Positions 21,541-34,020 of a DNA stretch of 64,000 bases are shown here, in pieces. Where the stretch lies: assembly GCA_023920165.1 (NCBI GenBank), contig CP089279.1, positions 2,356,001 through 2,420,000 of the forward strand. The letters are read 5' to 3'. Made by a program: the position numbers and the translations under genes. Numbering within the stretch: the stretch's first letter is position 1; every line of letters starts with the position of its first letter. Under the pieces are notes generated by a model. That model worked only from the letters and a program-made list of their open reading frames with translations, was not told the origin of the DNA and did no database searches. This stretch comes from Curvularia clavata. Taxonomy: Eukaryota.

Positions 21541-24500
21541 ATGGCTGCTGTCTCAGAGCCCTAGCACCTCGGCCATTTAACGCATCGCTTCTCGGAAGTC
21601 TCATTCAAAGTTATTTGTTAGTCTTGGAAGTACAGTGATAAGACTTTGCAGTCCTGTGGAAGGCATCCAATCATTTGGTGTGTTATGATGCTAGTAAGAT
21701 TCCTTCATTTTACTCGTTGTCGAGGGGCATCGATTATTCAAGTTGTTCTCATCAAATCCTGCGTGTTGATGTTAGTTGTGTAAGCAAGGGTCTCCTTGTG
21801 ACGGGCAATACGGCCGAGGGAAATGAAATTAGTTGCACACAATGAGGGCGAGTATTTTTGCAAGATTGGTTCCAACTCAGGGATCGATGGTCGCGTTGCT
21901 TTCCAGAGCTATCATGCACAGGATGAAGCCATAATCGGACATCAACAACCGTCTCATGCGTGGTGTATGTACGTACGTATGATTCCAACTTGTGCTAGAC
22001 CCCTGCATGGTTAGTACTAGTGCCAACGGGCTGGATCCTTGCAGCCGAAATCCTGGGTGCGATAATCGCAACGTGATCATATACATGTGGTGTGGATGCG
22101 ACGCCCGCCATGGTTGTGTGGAGAAGATGAAGGAGTGGGAGGAGCCGTGTGTTGCCGGTGATAGGACGGTTGGAGTTAGAAGGTAAGAGATTGAAATAAA
22201 GGTACATGGCGGTACTCCGTCCTTGATCCGATAAGCGATAAGCCGTAGCCAGAACTGTTACAGCCCACCATTAGCTTACAATTCCTCATGCCGGTGGAAA
22301 TTCAGGATACGATGCGGCTGGTGAGTATTCGGAATCCTATTCGATGAAGAGGTTCAGCACAGACTTGGAGACGCCACAGTTGCTCTCCTCAGAAATAGTA
22401 GCAGTGACGGCTAACCACGTGGAATGGATGCCTTGAAACCTCTTGGAAGATCTCGAACCTGCGCTTGGCTGCATTACTCTGAAGCTGTGACAAGGCTGAG
22501 GCATCCTTCCGCTAGCAGTAGAGAAGAATCGGCCAGCTGCATGCTGATACGGACCATGTAACGGGCGCCCAGCGCTGATGGACTCGGGAAGGTCACAGTC
22601 CGATTTTGCCAAATGGATGCAATACTCGATGTGAAGCTGGCTCAGTGCATGTCATTGTCATTTCAGAAGACATATCGGACCGACACTATGAGGCAGAAAC
22701 TGCCTCGGCAGTCATCCGCGAGAAGCGGTGAGCCCAATGATAGTAACAGTGGTTGGGTGTCGCTGCATTCAAAGCCTTGGACCAGTAGGCATTAAAATCA
22801 AGTGGCAATGAACGGCGCCCCTGCAGCTTCAGTAAGAGGGGCAGGATTGTTGCAAGCTTAAACAGGTATGACGGCGACTCGTGTGTACTCAGTATACGTA
22901 CGTACGTAGTAGTAAATCTGCAGCTATCGTGTGTAAACTTCAAGTGGGCCATGCACCTTGCGACCTGGTCGACATGACCTAGAAAATGAATGTGGTCAGT
23001 TTGATAATGTTGATCACTTCCGGGTTTCAATGTAATAATGACAAGGGGAAATGATGGGCGTTATCGCAATACGCATGTCGAAATTGGTCACTGCGACCCG
23101 TGTATTCTACTAAGTCGACTAATGAGGGGGGGTGAAATGGTGTGGCTCAACGCACTTGGAGTTGCAGTATGAGTCTGCCAGCACAGCACCCTTATAATCA
23201 TTCACTTTTTTTTTGCCCCTCTACGTATCCAGAGCGTTTCAAGGCTGCGCCGCTTCGTTGCTCCACCAGCACGTGTGAGCCTGCATGCTTGGATCGATCA
23301 CGAAAAAATCCCTTTGGCAGATACGATGAACTGTGCTTATGAAGCAATAGGAGCGGTCCATTCTCCACGCGCGCAGATGCACGACTGTGTTGAAGCCAAT
23401 GAGCGTCAGCAACGGGGGAAATTATCCTTGCTGTAGTGGGCCAGTGTTTCTTGACTGCGAACGTTGTAAGTGTGACCAGATGCAGCGGCCGCACCGCACC
23501 GAAAGAGTCAAGAGACACGGCAAGATGAAACTACCATGTCGCTTTAGTCGGGGAAGATGGTCCGGCCCATGTGGGAGAGCGACCAGAGGAACCGCATACT
23601 GACGTGCTTTTGACAAGGAACAGGAAAAGGACTAGCCGGATTAGATACAAAATCGGATGATGTCGAGTGCGTGCAAATAGGTAGTGGGATTTCGTGCAGC
23701 AATCCTTTTGGTCGAGTAGATGCAGGACGCATTGCTTGGCGTGACCGTGGAGGGTCCTTGCATGTGGGCAAAGGCGGGTCGCGGAAATTCGGGAGTGAAG
23801 ACATATAGCCGCGAGCATTATCAATGTGACCAAGTTGTAGCTGTTAAGGATGAACAGTGCTAGTATATTATTGCTTTCAAGGTCACATGTGTGACGAAGA
23901 AGGGACGTGGGCGACGCATAATGTTTCGTGGGGGTTGCTGATGGCCGGCCACAGGTCGAGAGTTTTGCAGCCACCGCACGAGCCAGAGTGGCAGAGTGGG
24001 ATGTGCGGACGAGGCCGGGAGAAGAACTGGGCTTTGCTTGGCAAGGCCATGTGTGTACTCGGTATACTGGGGCTACGCGCGCGGAGAGCCGGTGGTAAGT
24101 TTAGGATGATGGCAGTACGAGATGGCGTAGGGCACATGTGCCGGGCGGCATGTCCTAAGCAGAATCGAGGCACACAAGAGGGTGAGTGTAACAAAACATT
24201 AGCCCGACATGGGTAATGGCCTGTATGTAGGGCACAGAGTTTGAGAGAGGGCGGAACCGGCGTCAGGGATCCACCGAAAGCTTGGCTAGCCTTGACCCCA
24301 TGCAATCGTTCAGCGGAGTCGGCAAGCCACAGCAGACCGGGGCCTGATTGGGAAGGGAAGAGAGCAGGTGTTGACGCAAAGGGGCAAGCGGGGGCTGGTG
24401 ACGAGGGAAGCGGATGATGTGACACCAGCTTTGGAGGTACTACTAATAAGTGATCGTCTTTCCCGACCGAGACGCCTCGCGTCGGGTGCGGGCAAGCGAT

Positions 24501-24630
24501 GGAGGGGAGGTGGTTGAGTGTGAAGCTGAATCCGCCTATATGTGCAATTAGCAGTCATGGCTGCAGAGAGCTAGACATGTCGGTCGAGTCAAACGGGCAC
24601 ATTCGCTTGGAGGAGCGAGTGGGGGCAAGG

Positions 24631-24677
24631 TGAGATGGGATGAGATGGATGAGATGGATGGGATGAGATGAGATGAG
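24631..24677. repeat. Imperfect (GATGA/GATGG)n microsatellite
   Basis: tgagatgggatgagatggatgagatggatgggatgagatgagatgag. Confidence 0.75.
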
Positions 24678-24771
24678 GCTGCAGAGGGGGTTGCGGTTGG
24701 CGATGCCGTCTGCCATGGCCATGGCCGCCACCGTCATTGTGACATAGTCCAGAGCGTATGCGTATAGTGAT

Positions 24772-24849
24772 GCAGGAGTAGGAGCAGGGCAGGAGCAGGG
24801 CGGCAGCAGGGCAGCAGCAGCAGGAACAGGAGGAGCAGAGGCAGGAGCG
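24772..24849. repeat. Degenerate (GCAGGA/GCA)n purine-rich repeat
   Basis: gcaggagtaggagcagggcaggagcagggcggcagcagggcagcagcagcaggaacagg... Confidence 0.65.
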
Positions 24850-25390
24850 GCACGTGAGGGGAACCTGGGAGGGGTGTCAAGCTGGTGCAGTACGCCAGGG
24901 GGCCCGAATGAGCAATGTGGAAGATGCCGTATGTGTAATAGAGAGGACTAGCCGCAAGAAGTGGTGTCAGGACAGGAGCGATAAGCTTTGGTGCAGTCTA
25001 GAAAATTCGTAGTATTTACGAGTCGTGGCTGGCCTGTCCCTGCTGTGCCGCAGTGACCCCGTTGCCGGCTGGATTGCCACGAGGCCGATTCCGCGCCCAA
25101 TAACCGGCGGTGCTGGTGTGCTAGCCCGCCTGGCCTAAACGTTCGCTTCGCACCTGCCTTGTGCCTGACGCGCGCAGCTTACATGGTAGTTCCTTCTCCG
25201 CAGCCCGGACTCACCAACGCTCTTGCTGCTACTGCTGCTGGCGGTCGGAGGTGGGCGAGGGAAGGCGCGACCAGGCTGGTCCTGGCTGCCTGGACCCTCA
25301 GCACGCTCGACCTCTCTCGCTCTCTCAACTCTGCTCGACCCTCGTCACATGACACACGGCATGGACCTTGCAACCACACGTCGCGGCACA

Positions 25391-25418
25391 GCACAGCTCA
25401 GCACAGCTCAGCACAGCT
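25391..25418. repeat. Tandem 10-mer GCACAGCTCA, about 2.8 copies
   Basis: Read directly from the sequence. Confidence 0.8.
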
Positions 25419-26194
25419 GCTTGCTTTTGTGACCATAATAGCATCCAATTCCACCCCAACGACACTGCACTGGGACGGCCCATGACAGACAGAAGCTCGG
25501 CATGCTGCCGTCACGGCAGGGCCACTACGCCGGTCGCCAGCTGCCTCAGCCTGGGAGAAACAGGCTAGCCGGCTTTCATGCCGCTTTGGGTCGACATCCC
25601 CCCCACCTCGCATCAATCGTCGTCTGCTGGAGGAACACCACGCTTGCTCGACAATGAGTAAGTGGCACAACGCTCGCCCAGTGGGCCTGCTGCATGTCAC
25701 GCCTCCGTTTTTTTGCTTGCTCTGACGCTGCACCACGGCCCTGCGCCCACCGTCTGCAGATCAAGACCCCGATGCCTCTTGGTCCTCTCCTCCCGACAAA
25801 AAAGTCGCGCCGTCTCGGCCCATGGCCTGCTGTGGGTGGTGTCGTGCTGCACATCGTGCAGATCACCCTAGGCATTAATTGCGTGACGATATAGCCTTCC
25901 CCACGAATCGCCAGACATGCGAGGTTAGGTGCTCGTTTCATCCCAACGCCCACCAGGCCCACCTGGGACGCGCCGCCGACAGCCTAGACACGGACGCGGG
26001 TATTGGTGCTCTGCGCCGTAGCAGGGGTCGTGCGAGCTGCTGCACGGCTAGCGTCGACACCTACCCTTAACCCGCTCCAGTGCCTTTTTTACCACATACA
26101 TGCAGGGAAGCCCTCATGTTTGACGTGCCCACCTTTCGAGTCTCACCAACCTTGCACCTCAGACAGTGTGCTACGGCAGCCTCAAACGCCCGCC

Positions 26195-28109
26195 ATGACA
26201 CACATAGCAAACTGCATGCGCTTAGATCCCAACCAGACGTCTGTTTATATAACCTTGGAAACATCCTCAACCAACATGGTACGCCCTCCCGCGCCACTCT
26301 CAGTCCAAATGAATTATCACTTGCCCCGGCGCTCTCGCTCACTCAGAGACCTTCAGGCTACCCAAGATAACAACTCCCCCCCTCCTACTGTCCAGGCCAA
26401 GAGCCCCCCATTGGCTGCTCCCACCCAGCCCGCTCCATCCAAGTATCACCTGTGGCTATCCGCAAAGAGCCCAGGACACTCGTCAAAATCAAGCCACTCG
26501 TCTTCAGACAGACTGACTGCCCTTGCCGCCGGTCGTTCTCCTACTTCTCTCAGTGACACTGCTGTCCTATCCGAGAACAGCCTTCCCTTTTGGCAACGAA
26601 CTGGTTCCCTGTCAAGAAGACGCAAAGTCAGTGTGCCTGAGCTCGGAAGCACCATGACCACTGTTCAAGAAATGCCACTGGATTCACGTAAGTTGATCTC
26701 ACTCGATTTGTCCCTCCAAGCAATTCATAGCTGACATGCATCTTCAGCAACCATCCCCGGAAGACCACCTCTCCGCAAGCCTTCGTATGAAGCGTTTGGC
26801 CATGAAAGGTCTTGCAGTGCTCCTGGCACCAATTGGCGATCTGGTCCATTTGGCGATGCCATGATCGCTTGCATTACTGGTCCTTCTCCCGTCCAGACCC
26901 AACCCACCACCACCCTCCCATCTGCAGACTTGCCTGGCGTCTCTGGCAGGCCTCTGTCTCCCATCCTTAGTCCTGGTGCAACACCCAGGCCTCTGCTCAA
27001 GCTCGAAACTACCAACATCGAAGAAGACTGGGAAATCCCGCCCCAAGTGCCTCCAAAGTCTCCCGTTGCTGAGCGTAAGGGCTCCCCAGCTCCATTGGTC
27101 CTCAACTCAAAGGCAAGCAAGTCACAACTTGCGACACCCGCATCAACTGGCTCAGGTGGCGCCACTCCCTTGAGCGCTATGGACCTTCGACGCTCGCCAA
27201 ACGGCACCATGGGCCTTCCCACACCACCTTCTGCCTTCATCAACCCCTTTCACGCATCTTCGCCCGCTTCCGCTCGAGGCTCACCACGAACCGAGAGGAA
27301 AGATCCCATCGCTACCCAAGCCTTTCCCCACAACCGCAACATGTCAGAGTCGTCCATCATGGACCGGGGCCGGCCAAAATGCCGCAACGCCAAAAAGGAT
27401 CGGCCCCGGGCCATGTCTGAAACCAGTGGCCCCGAGACTGTTCCCGATTCATGGAAGCTGCCTCAGGGTATGCGGGTACCTGAGGCTTCAAGGCGCATAA
27501 GCGATGCCGACAAGAGGCTGCTTCACAAGCAAGCCTACGATCAAGCCGGCAACTTTGAAGTCCTTAACAAGCGTGATGTAGCATCACTATCAAGAGTAAG
27601 TTGCGCTCAGAAAAAGTTCCTAACTTCAACTACTAACATGATTGCAGGAACTCCGAGCACTTGATGAGCGCTGTGACTACCTCCGCAAAACTTACAAGTC
27701 CCTGCGCGCGGGCCGCCAGAAGCTCCATGGCCGCATGATTGCCTACCTGCGACGCGGGGAGACCGTCATCTTCTCGCGCGAATCCCTTCTCAAACAAGAA
27801 GAGGCTCTAGCCGAGCTCGATGTTTCGATTGATGAGTTCATTCAGAAGCTTGAGCAAGCTGAGAACCGCCGCCTCCGCCTTCGCCAAAAACTGCTCGAGC
27901 ATGTTGCTGCTGCCATTGTGCTTGACCCCAACTCCCACGATCAGGTTGCCGAGACCACCCCACCCCGAAGCCCAGTCAAGATGGACAGTCCTTCTCGATC
28001 TCAGCGAAAGGAGACCGAATCTATCAAGATTTACGCCGACGGACATGTCCTCAACCTTTTCTCCGATATTGAAAAGGCGATCGGCAAAATGTGCGAGCAG
28101 ACCTGCTAG
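26195..28109 (+). CDS. Uds1 (up-regulated during septation) domain coiled-coil protein
   Basis: ATG in a good context (cgccATG; alternative start 26276). Introns 26688-26747 and 27596-27647. Pro/Ser-rich N-terminus, then FEVL..DVASLSRELRALDERCDYLR...QKLLEHVAAA. Confidence 0.8.
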
Positions 28110-29642
28110 GCCTGACTCGCTAGCAACACCATTGTTGCAGACCCGCCTATTGGCACTTTCGACCTTGCCCTTTATGGCAAATTCCTAATTTCACAGCTAG
28201 CATCCCATGATTTCTTATGTTTGTATTATAACGGCCTTTTGGATGTACTCTCTCACTAATATTTCTTCTCCTTCCCTGGACTGGTTTCGGCTCATTCTTT
28301 CAACGTTCAAAGGCAAGCTTTTTTTTTTCACGCCAACGTTTTACCTTCATTTCTTCATGCTATCATCTATACCCAATTTTCCTGCACATTACTTCTTTAC
28401 ATTTTGGTGCTCTTCTTTTTGCACTTCACCATCTTCTTCAAAAGACGCCATGTCAGACATGGCGACGGACTTGTCAGGGGTTTGTTTCGTGTTTGGGGGT
28501 TTGGAGCTTGGACAGCGGCACGTGGGATGTCATTTTGGTAGGCAATACATGTATTGAGCTACGGCCCGCAGGGTTTCATGAATCAAGAATCATATCTTGA
28601 GCCAACCGTTCTTGTCACTCGTCAAACATGCAAACATGCACTTGTGGCGCACCGCTTGCCCGAGGCGAGGCGCGAAACAATGCCGTCCCGCCAGTGCTTT
28701 GTCGCCATAAGGCATGAGCACCTTTGCGTCGACTCGACAATTCGCCGTCACATCCCGCTCTCACTGGGCCGATGCGCTTTGCGACAGCACATGTAGCAAT
28801 CATATTGCATTAATTGCCTCTGGGTATAGGTGTAGCCAGTCGCGGCATTTTCATCGAGTATGCCAGGCCCAACTTCGTTTCATTGAGGTACGTACGTCCC
28901 GGGTACGGCGAGGCTCCGGCCCTGTCTATATGGCCTATAAGATATTCGCTATAGCCCGTTTCAACGGCGCTGTGACGTTGTAGGAAATGTCGGTAAAACG
29001 GAATATTGGTGGGGCACAAACGTAAAGGGGGACTTTGCGAAAAGGCATTCTATTCAGCATAGTACTATTGAGCAAACTTGCACGGGCTGACACTAGAGCG
29101 CACTGTATGTATTCTGGCGCCTATGCTGGACCTATACTTGCAGCAGCTACACTGGTGGTGCATGCGTCCTGGGCTTGGTGACAAAGCTGCTGACATCAGA
29201 CATTGGCCACTCTTCGGAGATACAGGAAAAGCCCTTGAGCATCAGCAAACAAAGATAATACTGCGTGCCGCTGCCCGAGTTTCAGAACGAGGCAAAAAGC
29301 GGGCAACCTCGCCTTGACTCAAGAGGCTATATACTCAGCGCCGGCCAAGCCTGACCAGAGAAATATTGACGACATGCAAATCTGCATTGCTAATATGAAT
29401 GGCGAAAATCGCCATGGTTGATGGTTTCAAGTCCCGTGTGCATGGGTGCAAGTGGCGCGGGGGTTTTTCTTTGCTTTTTGTATGCTGCCTGTCGACGACC
29501 AGACTCTTGCTGTTTTTGTCGGCGGCACCTTTCTCCGCCTGGTCCGTGCCCGCCTTTTTGCGCGAAAAAGTTTGGGGCTTTCGGGCGACGACGTGACAAT
29601 CGTAGACGGCAGCAAACTTCTTCCCCGTCCAGGACCTTCACC

Positions 29643-31117
29643 ATGGCTACTAACAGCATCAAGTTGCTGACTGGCAACAGCTATCCCGAGCTCGCCCGTC
29701 TTGTGGCTGACCGGTACGTTCAAGACCTTTGTTCTCCGATGCTCGTCAGGACTACAACTAGGCGTGCACATCTCTACACATATCCCCCACGCCTGCGGTA
29801 GAGTCAGCGCAGACCAAGAATGCGTTTCATGACGACTGCGCAATGTATTCATGTTCCGCTCCTGCCTTTTCGAATCACCAAAAGAAATAAAATCTCTCCG
29901 ACGCTGATGAAACAACCTCGGGCAGCATTGCTAATGTCTTCACAGGCTTGGAATAGAGCTCACCAAGATTCTCGTGCTTCAGTATTCGAACCAGGAGACT
30001 TCTGTCACCATTGGCGAGTCTGTCAGAGACGAAGATGGTATGCGCACAGCTTCCTCTTCTGGAGCGTAGTCGTATCTGGTAGGCCTCAGCTTACGGTGCT
30101 GCAGTCTTCATTCTCCAGTCTACGCCGCCAGGCGACATCAACGATGCACTAATGGAGCTGCTCATCATGATCAACGCTTGCAAGACGGCCTCTGCACGCC
30201 GTATTACCGCTGTGATTCCAAACTTCCCTTATGCCCGTCAGGACAAGAAAGACAAGTCTCGAGCTCCCATTACAGCAAAGCTCATGGCCAACATGCTCCA
30301 GACTGCTGGCTGCAACCATGTCATTACTATGGATCTCCATGCTAGTCAGATCCAGGGATTCTTCAACGTTCCTGTTGATAATCTCTATGCTGAGCCCAGC
30401 ACGCTTAGGTGGATCCGTGAGAATCTCGATGTCAAGGATTGCGTAATTGTCAGTCCAGACGCTGGCGGTGCCAAGAGGTAGGAAACTTCTGATATCTCGA
30501 GCAATTTCTGGTGCCAATTTACCCTTGCAAATGGGGCTATCTGAGTCACCGGAACGCTACTGCGTCACGTTGGAAGCGCAAAAAATTTACTGTTGGCCTC
30601 CAGGAAATATCAGTGCTAACTAAATGACAGGGCGACTTCAATAGCAGATGGTCTCAACCTCGGCTTTGCTCTCATTCACAAGGAGCGAACTCGGCCGAAC
30701 GAGGTCTCCCGAATGGTTCTTGTTGGAGACGTTCGCGGCAAGACTGCCATCTTGGTTGACGACATGGCCGATACGTGTGGTACGCTGGTCAAGGCCGCGG
30801 ACGTGTTGATCTCCGAAGGCGCCAAGGATGCACTTGCCATTGTCACACATGGTATCCTCAGTGGTAATGCCATTGAAGCTCTCAACGGCAGCAAGCTAAA
30901 GAAAATCGTCGTCACCAACACTGTGCCGCACGAGGACAAAAAAGAGCTTTGCGACCGTATCGAGACCATTGATATCAGCCCAACTGTAAGTGGTTAATCG
31001 TGTTATGGATGATGATGAAATCCCGGGCCTAACCATGTATAGCTTGCCGAGGCTTGCAGACGCACCCACAACGGAGAGAGTGTCAGTTTCTTGTTCAAGC
31101 ATGCTCCCGTTGACTAG
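29643..31117 (+). CDS. PRS: Ribose-phosphate pyrophosphokinase (PRPP synthetase, Prs2/3/4-type)
   Basis: [55 protein letters not shown] and [12 protein letters not shown]. Four introns, including 29714-29945 and 30478-30630. Confidence 0.97.
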
Positions 31118-32959
31118 AATGGAGTCGACTACTGAGTCAACGGCAGTTAGTTAACTCAGGGATCTCGGCGTTCAAGGCGGTATAGGCGTTAGGATCAACA
31201 TCATGGTCTGCTCATTCATCACGACAAAACGCATCTCAGGGATTACGAAGATCTGCAGATCGCATTTGGGGGTTCAGCGGCCACCGGCCACCGGCACAGC
31301 CACTGGCGCAGCACGTGGTGTCGCACTATCTAAGCATTAGTGAAATTTACATGCGGCTAGTTTTGTGTATTCACCCGCTAAAACGCATGGCAGGTGCTTA
31401 GAGCTATTCCGCTGTCAACCAGGTTTGACATGTTGGCTGAAGACGACGCCACAGTGAGGCACCTGTTGCGTTCGCTTCGGTGCGTGATGCGAGCTAATCT
31501 GCTAGTGTCATTTTAGTGCATACTAGTGCGAACTTTACATGGTCTTCAAACTGTCCCGACCTAGCGCAAACTCAGGCTCTGGGATTTGCAGCATTTCTCG
31601 CAGCATGATATCTCTGTGATATGTCGTGCATGCGGCGGGAATGATGGCCGTACGAGTCTGGTCAATGGGGTTGTAGCGGCAGAGATATTATGCTGACGCT
31701 ACCCTTTGCTCTTGAATCATTAACAAATCCGCCTCCAGTAACTTCACACAATCTAGACTTGACAATTAATGATAAGCCGCGGAGTTCGTATAAGAAGGTC
31801 AGTGCTTCTCGATCTCAGCTTGCTCCAGGTCCACACAAATGTAATGAGAAATCTCTCCACCACGAGTCTGTAACACTTTACAGGCATACTCCATGCTCCA
31901 GTCGTAAAACGTTTCCGACCATCAACATCTGAAAGCCGTGCGAGATCCTGCGAGTCACATCAACCTTATTCCATTCCGCATTCGTCTTCTTCCCCGCGAT
32001 TTTCAGATCACCTGCTGATGTTCAGGCTTTGCACAAGCCAAGATCGACCGCTCCGTTCCGGCAAGGGTTCACCACGTGATGACTGCTTGTTGTGTTCGGA
32101 CGTCGTCGGATGTACGGAGGATCAAGATGGGCAAGGTTACGATACCCGGTGATCATCTTCCCTCGTGAAATTACGATATCAGGTTGATTTGCGATCAGCA
32201 CTGCGCACATGCCATGTCGAGACAACCAGCTGGTGCCGGCTGCCGGCTGCCTGTGGGCTGGATTTGGGTGTATTAAGGCGCGCAACAGTACATATTGTTG
32301 AAGTGTGGGGTTGTATCGGTTAGAAAGGCGTTGAAGCGTCAAAGTTTAAGTTGATGACACAGTCGTGTGTTCTGGCCTGCGTTGAGTACTTTCGGAAGGT
32401 ATGGCTACGACGTTTCTTTCAGCTAACGATATCGTTTCTGAGTACAGAACTCTACAAACCGTGTTCCAAAAAGACGCGCTATGCGGATGGAAGTCGCGGA
32501 TGCACATACAGCCGCAAAGAGTCGAAGAGATCGCACGAGAATGCATGTTACAGGACTTCACCGGAGCAGCCGAGTCTAACGGCACAGCCAGATTTGAATT
32601 GCACTTCCAAAGAGAGCGGTGTGCATGATGTTGGCTTCGGTGCTACATTCCCACGAGTAAACAGCAGACATTCGAAAAGGGTCCAGATCTTCATTTCCTC
32701 ACCTTATCCTCAGCTGCACAAAAAACAGCAGCACTAGTTCATCCTACTGGAGGCCTGAACTGCCACTCTCGTACCATCCGCCACCCCAGAACAGGCAAAC
32801 ACCCAATACATCCACAGCTCATCCTTTTCAGCAACCGACAACCCAACAGGTGGGGACCCGGATCCAGAAAAAGCCACCTCGCAAGACGATATGAAATCTC
32901 TTTGAGCCACTTTCTGCCCAAGCCAAACAGCCAACAGCCTCCCCCACATTCAACGAAAA

Positions 32960-33264
32960 CAAGCCACGCCGTTTCACGTTCTCGTTTGTTTTTTTGCCCA
33001 TGGCTTCGAAAGACGGCAAATTGAGAGAAATAGCATGTTATGCAGTCTTAAGGGGAAGCGAAACCTCAATTCCGATGCTTGAGTTTTTGATAAGCAAAAA
33101 AACGGCGTAGAAAACAGGGAAATTTAGTTCGCTGGTTTTAATTTTCCAGGGCGAAGGGAATTGAGTTTTGAAAGGAAGGGAAGGGGGGCGTGTGTTTGTG
33201 TGTTGGACTAATGACGACTACGAAGATCCCGGACACGGAGCCTGCGTAGGCAAAGCTTGGTTCT

Positions 33265-33295
<31 letters not shown>

Positions 33296-34020
33296 GGTTC
33301 TCGAGAGGGCAAGCACGTAATCAGAGGAGCAAAAACAAGGGTCATTTGATTCAACGATTAAGTTGTAAGCTACTTTCCTTACCTAAGTGTTTTTTGTTAT
33401 ATCTCCTAGACCCTGAAAGATGTAGGACCCTTTATTTTGGTTTGACTTGCTTTTGCGCCTTCTCTTCTCCTCCCTTTTCGTATTTTTCGGACCCCATTCA
33501 TCATCGGTCCGCCTTTCGTGCGATTTTGCCCACCCCCCACGTCCCGGGTGCGTGGAACGGCCTTGAACTCTGCGGCTTTTTGACTTTGCGCTAACTACGC
33601 AAGCCACTGCTTCGTAGTTCGGAGGTTGTTTTATAAGCGAGGCATGAGACCCTGATAAAGGAGGAAGCGAAAGAGACTTGTGGCTGGATTTGTGGCTATT
33701 TTGCCGTTCTACCTAGCTCTAGTGCATTTATCTGCTTTGCTGCTAGAGTGGGGGCTAAGGGTCGGTAAAAGACAAAGTTCAAGATTCGGGTAGGTAGGTA
33801 CATTGGTTTCGAGGGCTTTTCTTTTGCCGTTTTGGCGCACTATGGGGTTTTACAGATGGACTAATGTCGGCAAAAGAGGGAATAAGATTTGGATATGTTA
33901 GATAGTTGGGAACTAGGCGAGTAGTTGCCGTTTTGCCTTGGCTTCTTTGTTTTTAGTGTTCTACCTATTTTTTGAATACTGCCGAAGTTCAACCTGAGTT
34001 CATTCTGAAATTGGTAGACA
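32960..34020 (+). ncRNA. Candidate structured non-coding RNA or degenerate element (unknown)
   Basis: G/T-rich + strand with several 8-10 bp helices, some long-range. No credible ORF. Confidence 0.3.
33264..33297. repeat. T11-G23 homopolymer junction
   Basis: Read directly. The run length may be affected by sequencing error. Confidence 0.85.

Noticed and set aside
21600..26100. Many 60-180 aa ORFs upstream of the Uds1-domain gene
   Set aside because: No recognisable motifs or coherent splice models. The microsatellite-rich sequence fits a long regulatory region.
29418..29642. In-frame upstream extension of PRS
   Set aside because: The Cys/Arg-rich sequence is not protein-like. ATG 29643 has a strong context and matches the known N-terminus.
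29905..29915. CTGATGA as a hammerhead core or C box
   Set aside because: No stem II/GAAA arrangement and no downstream D box inside the intron.
31118..32950. Short ORFs downstream of PRS as a possible gene or pseudogene
   Set aside because: No recognisable homology or consistent exon structure.
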